This document shows, in pieces, positions 58,101 through 64,000 of a stretch of DNA of 64,000 nucleotides. Both the position numbers and the translations under genes were made by a program. The notes below the pieces were generated by a model. That model saw only the letters and a program-made list of their open reading frames with translations. It ran no database searches and was not told the origin of the DNA. Location: NCBI GenBank assembly GCA_964019335.1, contig OZ025721.1:186001-250000 (forward strand), given 5' to 3'. The stretch comes from Diplonema japonicum (lineage: Eukaryota > Protista > Euglenozoa: Diplonemea). Within the stretch, counting starts at the first letter, position 1. Each line of letters begins with the position of its first letter.

Positions 58101-60067
58101 TGCAAGCTGCTTTTCAGTCGGGTATCTTAACGTGCGATCGGTGCAAAAAACCAGCGTACAAGAAATCCGCCAAAAACACAATCACGATGGGAGGCGTTCC
58201 CGTGACGCGAGCCGACACGATTCGTTTCGTGCGGTCCACCGCCAGAGACGTCATTTACAAATCGGTGTTGGCAAGGGAACGCAGGAGGCTTCATCAGGTC
58301 GCGGCGGAAATTTTGGAAAAGGACCCGAATAGGCCTTTAACGGTGATGGTGCGGCATTACAGAAAAGCGCAACTGCAGGAAGGCTCGTGGAGGCATATTG
58401 CAAGCCTCTACAAGGAACTGATCAAAAAAGGGTTGCTCGAGGACGCGCTCATGTTAGAAGCCGAGCTGATTGCGTTCTCCGAAAAGCTTTGCACGATGAA
58501 GGAACGGCCTCCGGAGCCCACGCAAGTCGAGATTTTCCGTTGGGCCTTGGATGCTGTCCTGTGTCTGTTCGAATCCGGGCAGGTTGACGCTGCGGCAGCA
58601 AACGCATCTGCGATTTCATTCAAAGGACTAGACGATAAACCCCACCCCAAGAAATCAACTAAACAGAAACGTCGTGAATCGCATGTAGAGGTGAAAAAAC
58701 CACCCAGTTGCTTCGAGAAGGTCTTCTGCTGTTTTCCGAGAAAGACGGAGAAGCAAGCCGATGATAAAGAGAAGGAGAAGTCTCGCAGATCTATCTATCC
58801 TACTGACGAAAACGAACCTCCCTACCAGCTTCAAGCCTGCCTCGCTAGCATTGAAATCTCCTTCTTCAAAGGTGCCACGGACTTCACAAACCTATTCAAC
58901 CGGACCAAAACGTTGCACTTCGAGGGGAGCACGGCGCAGGTCCTAGAGAGCGCGATCGAGATCATGAGAGAGGGATCCACAAGGGAAGTCGGTCCGCCCC
59001 ACCCGTTCAGTTTATTCATGAAGTCGCCTGTTTCTATCCTTGCGACAGCAGGGTACTTGGACTACTACAAAAAACTGCTGCTCGTGGAAGATGCAATGTT
59101 ACTGCCTGAAAGTTTGAACCTGCTGCCGATTCAGGTGGACCGGGGGTTTCCCGCAAGGCCGTGCATTGCAAACGCATTGTTTTCCATCAGATGTGTGATA
59201 CACATGCTGAGAGGAGACGGGAGAGCTGCCTTCGAAGACTGCGTCAGTCTGACACGGCAGAAGTGCAAGGACGAACGCGCGTTCATGTACGCAAAGATCT
59301 TATCGTGCTTCTGTAGCATGTGGTATTGTAAATCCGCGTTGCCAAAACACGTGAAATGGGGAGCTGAACGGGGCTCGTCTGTCTTGGACCTCGCGGCAAA
59401 CGAGAACCTTGTCTTCCCCGACGTCTTCCTGGAGATTCTTTACGAGGTCTATGCTGAAACGTTCTCCCCAAAACACTTGAAAGCCTCCACCGTGCAAAAG
59501 ATCATCAACACGCCTTTCTTCACGGTCTTCCACGTGATGATAATAATCATGCTTCTTGACGTTATCCCACCCGACACGAAAGCCGTCTCGAAGCTCACAT
59601 CCAGGCTCGAATCCGTCTTGGAACACTTTCCCTATGCGAAACCGGCCTATCTGTATGTAAAAGCCCTGCACGCTGCAGATGAAAGCACCTCGTTGGATGC
59701 CTTCCGGGAGTGCATTCAGTACTGCATGAATGAAGGCTTAGTTGGCTCTGTTTTCGCTTTTAAAAGTGCGTGCAAGATGTTTGTCATGGAAAACGACGAT
59801 ATGCCGCCGATCGTAGTAACTTACTTGAACGAACTTGACTCACAGGACCAGAATGACGGGCAGGATGCGGTGTGTTCGCCGAAAAACAAGGCAGCAATGG
59901 ATTTACTCAGGGTATGGGGGGAGGAAAAAAAAGGGGGGGAAAGAGAGAAAAAAAAAAAAAAAAAAAAAGGCTGCAAAAAAATTTGCTTTTGGCGGGAACG
60001 AAGTCAGTATTTTGCGGTCAAAAGTGAAGCTGCGAAGGTCCCGGTCTCTCGTGTCCAAGAACCCTAG
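55181..60067 (+). CDS. Soluble adenylyl cyclase (ADCY10-like): two class III cyclase domains, P-loop AAA/STAND domain, helical tail; probable in-frame intron 59912-60007
   Basis: FIDIAGFS, FSGDA, KVMMDDKG, GDGVNISARL, YGRQQE..GEAKIGKT..VDDMQWLD. Confidence 0.88.
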   Translation: MQDEKTSAERVLALLPHVVIPRLGEKEEVSWVNEFQGSLLFIDIAGFSSVACMLQKFTNEGAEALSFHLNGYFTNLIGVVNRHGGDVIFFSGDAMMVAWKGIPVPVAASTALSCGAALLSETSEYSFTIESDTGQPTVSCTMTLHIGGACGSVHGMLVGGKGAPNLGKWKYLLVGKTVETVGLAASAGQNGELVVTQELITEARKNSSQALTSEVVFGGIAFRLFKSFVKEPKIPNNLVHKLPTLSNESLSRAVMYVFDTVIKAVESAPSQPGELRTVSTAFIKLSAININEDPVIIHGKLNTAVGIIQSQLSKFDGILNKVMMDDKGIICLCLFGIPLHGHENDAVRAVCFAMKSAKKLHKAIGVVSIGISRATVFCGLTGSPDRNEYTVLGDGVNISARLMIKAEEFSPKKRHIIIDEETTSAKGMDKLSEQDIAIIEGDFLILKGQDVPVKQYHVVTNKDRQQTLQRVMGEECSTSDESEIKSPSSRSSQNSLTSLDSQISRSSRATGKNKSAAASLLNFENARRRQRRFSQDSESNSDTASPNRLAHSSSSTGSSHQLKQKPRIRPPTRQRRSNGGMSPQNTHNSSSSSMLLDNQSLPSAESITLYGRQQEILDIKRIADEWITKNDGCGASIILSGEAKIGKTEVLNKSCSVIELPKVYMPSVDTSVKEQYMSLKGLVMNMLRETQIEWLIENLNPEAKKHLPLLHHVVRLPEIPLPEGKLSSMQQGEGETLINQLVIELVKCQYGPRIILAVDDMQWLDDTSAGFISDAFDSGFFILGTLRLDCIDNNMGQTDMVSIITGSYGDDSEETEVLPLVGQGLGHRKLHDSVLNGPNCTTIPITPLNQDNTAELMKSIIECNDFDHSLVAQVCEKADGLPGCIIEMTRALEDEAQVTVNVLGTVYKTLDADVDGLLSSVIPDSMEAAVMRDVDKLSLQERKVISMAAVLGSVFHYGLLSDCLLQEKHSLDSVQAAFQSGILTCDRCKKPAYKKSAKNTITMGGVPVTRADTIRFVRSTARDVIYKSVLARERRRLHQVAAEILEKDPNRPLTVMVRHYRKAQLQEGSWRHIASLYKELIKKGLLEDALMLEAELIAFSEKLCTMKERPPEPTQVEIFRWALDAVLCLFESGQVDAAAANASAISFKGLDDKPHPKKSTKQKRRESHVEVKKPPSCFEKVFCCFPRKTEKQADDKEKEKSRRSIYPTDENEPPYQLQACLASIEISFFKGATDFTNLFNRTKTLHFEGSTAQVLESAIEIMREGSTREVGPPHPFSLFMKSPVSILATAGYLDYYKKLLLVEDAMLLPESLNLLPIQVDRGFPARPCIANALFSIRCVIHMLRGDGRAAFEDCVSLTRQKCKDERAFMYAKILSCFCSMWYCKSALPKHVKWGAERGSSVLDLAANENLVFPDVFLEILYEVYAETFSPKHLKASTVQKIINTPFFTVFHVMIIIMLLDVIPPDTKAVSKLTSRLESVLEHFPYAKPAYLYVKALHAADESTSLDAFRECIQYCMNEGLVGSVFAFKSACKMFVMENDDMPPIVVTYLNELDSQDQNDGQDAVCSPKNKAAMDLLRVWGEEKKGGEREKKKKKKKGCKKICFWRERSQYFAVKSEAAKVPVSRVQEP

Positions 60068-60071
60068 GGTC

Positions 60072-60121
<50 letters not shown>

Positions 60122-60785
60122 CGTCGACATTGTTTTAGTTTTGCATGGTTTCCATTTCCATGGCGATCGTTTTTTTTTTTTTTTTCTTTTTTTTTTTCTC
60201 TGGCATCCACACCTATAACGTTTCCTTGATTTCTCCCCCTTTTTTTTTTAGTAAGTATCAAACAAAAAAAAAAAAAAAAAAAAAAGCAGCGTTTTTTTTT
60301 TTTCCGGCTCTGAAAATATGAGCAACTGAAAAAAAAAAGAGGGGGAGGAGAGGGAAGGTACGCATAATAAATGTCTAGTTTTTTTCCCCTCTTTTTCTTC
60401 TTTTTTTTTCTCGCTTCCGTAGGTGGATCCGGCGGTTGCGTCCCAACCCCCCCCCCTTTTTTTTTGTTGCTCTCTTCCGAGAGCAATAAAAAAAAACCAA
60501 GTACAACCAAGAAAAAAAAAGAGGGAAAAAAAATTGTTTGTGCGCACGAGCGGAATTTTACCTAAAAGAAAATAGCTCATTACGCTGCCATCAACTAGTT
60601 TTTTTTTCTTTTTTCTTTTTTTTTTTTTTAGTCTCGACAAATAAAACAAAGAAAATGCTTTCTTTTTCTTTTTCTTTTTTTTTTTCCCGCCTTGGCCCTC
60701 CTTTCCCCCTCTCCTTTTTATTTACCCGTCCTTCCCCCAACCATTTTAACCTTAAATTTATTCCCAGAAAAAAAAAAAAAAAAAA

Positions 60786-61963
60786 ATGGGGTTCAAGCTC
60801 AAACTGAAACAGAGGTCCGAAGAAGTAGTACAGGACTACTGCGAGAAATGTCACCAGTTTGGGCACACGTTCAGGGACTGTGGGATGGGCATCACCTGTT
60901 ACAAATGTGGGAAGGTAGGGCACCACGGAAGGAACTGCACGGAAGATATTTTTGTGCAATCTGTGGCGGTGCAGAGCGCTAAAGATCAAGGGCAATACAA
61001 AGCAGAGGACGCTTTATACGGGGACGACCGAAAAAAAACTGGAAATGAAGGAATCCAAAACTGGGACGAGCGGGCAAGAGCCGACAACGAACAGGACAAC
61101 AACGCACCAAGAGTTCTAACGGAACAAGACTACGAGGCAAGAGAAAAACGAAAATACGACCTCGTGTTGAGCCCGGAAGAGGAGGCAAAAAAAGCTCTAA
61201 AAGAAGCGAAAAAACGCAGAAAAGAGGAAAAAAAACGGCAGCACGAAGCCGACAAAAAACTCATCAAAGAGTACAAACAACGGGAAAAGACAAAAAAAGA
61301 GGAAATCAATAAACCGGAACCGAGCAACATGCTGCCTCCCCCGCTTCCAAAAGGACCCAGACCGGGGTTGAACCTCCCTCCACCCGAGGTTAGACAAGAG
61401 GTTAAAAAGGAAACCACAATAGAAGATAAGAAAAGAAAATATGCGGAAGAACAGGTGGCAAAGAGGAAAGAGGCAGACATGACGAAGAAAACCGAAGAAG
61501 ACAAGAAGCTACGATACAAGATGAAGAAGCAAAAGGAATACTTTGAGCCGCCCTCGTGGGCTTCGGTGAGAACCGACACAAAGCTGTACATCTCGGTGGA
61601 GAAAGACGGCCGGCAAGTCGAGTCCTGGGACATCTCAGACCACCCTTACTACCTCATTGGGAAGAACTCCGCTGTGGTAGACTTCACCATGGATCACCCG
61701 TCTGTGTCCAGGACGCACGTCGCCGTCATCCACGATGCTACAAGGAAGACCACGTTCATCCAAGATTTGAAGTCGCAGTGGGGCACCAAAATCGAGTCTA
61801 AAAAGTGCGCGGCGAACGAGCCGTTAAAGCTGCCTTTGGATGTTCCTGTGAAAATTGCAGGATCTTCGAGGATCTTGATCCTGAAGGTATGGATAGAAGA
61901 AAAACGAAAAGAAAAAAAAAAGTTTTTTTTTTTTTTCCACAGGAAAAATCGATGTGGGGCTGA
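60786..61963 (+). CDS. Two CCHC zinc knuckles plus a C-terminal FHA domain (kanadaptin/NIPP1-like); exons 60786-61886, 61943-61963
   Basis: Translated by hand (absent from the ORF track): CEKCHQFGHTFRDC, CYKCGKVGHHGRNC, EPPSWA..YLIGK..DHPSVSRTH..DLKSQWGT..GSSR. Confidence 0.8.
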
Positions 61964-62111
61964 TGCTTTTTTTTTTTTTTTTTTTTTTTTTTTTTCTTCT
62001 TCTTCCCCCCCCCCTTTTTTTGACATCCTCGTTTTTCATCCCATTCGAAAAAAATCTACAATAGGAGAGGGTGCGGTGGGGGCGTGGGGGTGGGGTGGGG
62101 GGGGGGAAACA

Positions 62112-64000
62112 ATGAAACGTACCACCCTGAGGTACGGGGGGGAAGAAGTTTCCAGCTCATGGTGGGAAATAGACTGCCTGGGGAACAAGGTGTTCAGCGC
62201 GATCCTCGAAAAAGCGAGACGGGAGGGCGAGAGCTCCGACGAGGTGATCCGAAAAATGCTGCTGGTACCCCCTGCCATCATCATGTTCTGCGTGTTCGTC
62301 TTGCTCCTCATATATGAAATCGTATTCTTCTCAACGTCGGGCCCCTTGAGGCTCACACTGTCATGTGTGGTGTGCACAACATTGCTGGCTGTCTGTATCA
62401 ACGCCATAAGATTGAAGACACTAACAATGCGTCTTGTGGAGGTGGGCGTGTGTGTGCTGATGATAGCCACCATTCTATCTGACCTGGTCAACGTGGGCCT
62501 GTATGAACAATGGTTTATTGCGGTGCTTTTAATGGACGTTCTGTTGTTGACCAACCCCGACCCACGTTTGGCGTGGACTTTGTACGGAATGACGATGTCG
62601 TGGATTGTACTCCGGACTGCCGAGGATGCGTCCCGTTTTGGAATGTACGAACACATCCCGTACAACGAGGATAACCAACCCCGCCCTGCAGAAGGGTGGT
62701 CCTGGGGTTTCCCCATTCTTGTTCTTCGTTGCGGTGTGTTCGGGTTGGACCACGCATTGACCCGCAGGTTCGCCGTCGGGATGAAAAAAGAACGCGAACG
62801 CCTTGACACATCCGTCATTATGGCCGAAGAAGTTGCCGACGCGCTTATTCGGTTCGATTTAATAAGAGCGGAGTCTTTAATCTCATCGCAGGACGTTGCC
62901 ATTAAAGACTCGTTCATCCGTCTTCTCGAAAACCTCAAAATGTACCGTCCGTACCTTCCGCCGACTATTTTTTGCGGCGGCGACGAGGATGCTTATCTCA
63001 GGAAGGAGGACAGCAATTCTTATTTCGTTCCCATACCCGGTGCGGTGATGCCCAATCAAGACCCGACGTCGCCTGCATCATTGACACAAACACAAACAGA
63101 AATCGAGCTTGAAGAGATCACAGTAACCGACGCAAAACTCCGTGAGAACCTCGAGGTTGGAGTCCGGGTTCGGAAAGGTTCTGTTTTGCGAACGGCATTC
63201 GACACGATCAGTCTGGAAGTCCAGGACACCTTTGCCCTGGTCGCACCTTTCGCAGAGGTGTGTCTCCAGGAAGTGAAGAACTGGGGCGGGGTGGTCCTGC
63301 ATCTAAACGGGTCGGTTTTGCTCGCAGGTTGGAACACGCATTTACCATGCCCGAGGCATTCTTTACATGCTGTTCGATGCAGTTTGATTTTGGGAAATTC
63401 CTTGACGTCATCTCCCACAGCGTTTCCTCATCATTGCTGTGTGACTGCTTGCGGGCGGCTGGCCGTCGGTTCGACAGGGACAGAATTCATCAGATCACCA
63501 TTTGTCCTGGGAAACCCTGTAGTGCAAGTCGAAGCCATGTCGATCCTGTGCCGCCCGCTTGACTGCACGCAAATCATAACAGAGGGCGTGTATGAAGCCA
63601 CACGGACACAGGTGAACGGCAGGCTGATAGATGTTATTCCTGAAATCCCGTGTCCCTACGCGGGCAATCTGGACTCCATTGGGTTGTACGAGTTGTGTGA
63701 TTTCTTTCCGTTTGAAAGGACGCAGTATATGAATGCGTTTATAGCTTTTTCGGTGAATAAACCGGAGTCGGTGGATCTGTTCCAAGAGTATCTCAAAGAA
63801 TGTCCCGGTGATGTGCAAGCAGCGAGGATTCTCAAGCTCGCGTTGGCCGCTCGAGACCGTCCCGAGTTCCTCCCCATCCCGTATGTGCGGAGCATGGTCG
63901 GGTGGAAGATGCTGGAACAGGAAGCGGAGGGAATCCTTCCCGAGGACGTGAAAGCGTTGTTCTCTTTCAAAAGAGAGGTGAAGAGGGTTCCCGAGCTACC
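62112..64000 (+). CDS. Multi-TM protein with degenerate adenylate/guanylate cyclase-like domain (3' partial)
   Basis: ATG at 62112, several hydrophobic segments, LLENLKMYRPYLP linker, then a cyclase-like region (NWGGVVLHLNG..AGWN). Open to the window end. Confidence 0.65.
   Translation, partial: MKRTTLRYGGEEVSSSWWEIDCLGNKVFSAILEKARREGESSDEVIRKMLLVPPAIIMFCVFVLLLIYEIVFFSTSGPLRLTLSCVVCTTLLAVCINAIRLKTLTMRLVEVGVCVLMIATILSDLVNVGLYEQWFIAVLLMDVLLLTNPDPRLAWTLYGMTMSWIVLRTAEDASRFGMYEHIPYNEDNQPRPAEGWSWGFPILVLRCGVFGLDHALTRRFAVGMKKERERLDTSVIMAEEVADALIRFDLIRAESLISSQDVAIKDSFIRLLENLKMYRPYLPPTIFCGGDEDAYLRKEDSNSYFVPIPGAVMPNQDPTSPASLTQTQTEIELEEITVTDAKLRENLEVGVRVRKGSVLRTAFDTISLEVQDTFALVAPFAEVCLQEVKNWGGVVLHLNGSVLLAGWNTHLPCPRHSLHAVRCSLILGNSLTSSPTAFPHHCCVTACGRLAVGSTGTEFIRSPFVLGNPVVQVEAMSILCRPLDCTQIITEGVYEATRTQVNGRLIDVIPEIPCPYAGNLDSIGLYELCDFFPFERTQYMNAFIAFSVNKPESVDLFQEYLKECPGDVQAARILKLALAARDRPEFLPIPYVRSMVGWKMLEQEAEGILPEDVKALFSFKREVKRVPEL

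Noticed and set aside
60786-64000. One open frame joining the FHA gene and the cyclase-like gene
   Set aside because: The linker is poly-A/T/G spacer. The intron at 61887-61942 gives a stop at 61963 and a new ATG follows at 62112.

Overview
Eukaryotic, gene-dense 64 kb window. Every credible host gene (about 25) lies on the + strand, separated by intergenic DNA dominated by poly(A)/(T)/(G)/(C) runs, and most ATGs follow an A-tract directly. The unidirectional layout, a topoisomerase IB large subunit lacking the catalytic Tyr domain, short GT-AG introns and a TM/cyclase-like gene family point to a euglenozoan, most likely a diplonemid (inference). Genes: cysteine synthase, three tandem TOP1-large-subunit copies, DDB1, two CocE/NonD hydrolases, a UBA-like protein, prenylcysteine methylesterase, a HAD nucleotidase, GH27 alpha-galactosidase, NSUN2, an EF-hand protein, a PTGES2-like GST, an SMN-like protein, ULK/ATG1, a type I surface protein, a RING-H2 protein, a soluble adenylyl cyclase, a CCHC-FHA protein and a partial cyclase-like receptor. 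Mobile DNA: three MULE-family elements inserted in poly(T) tracts, two Crypton-like tyrosine-recombinase remnants in introns, a pogo-like element nested in one of them, and other inverted-repeat families. Most notable: (i) all inferable introns sit near gene 3' ends and many have A-tracts rather than pyrimidine tracts before the AG; (ii) a three-copy, structurally conserved RNA-like motif of about 110 nt with an invariant 21-mer; (iii) a graded TOP1L array; (iv) Crypton-like elements and poly(T)-targeting MULEs. Exon structures were inferred by eye and need RNA-seq confirmation.
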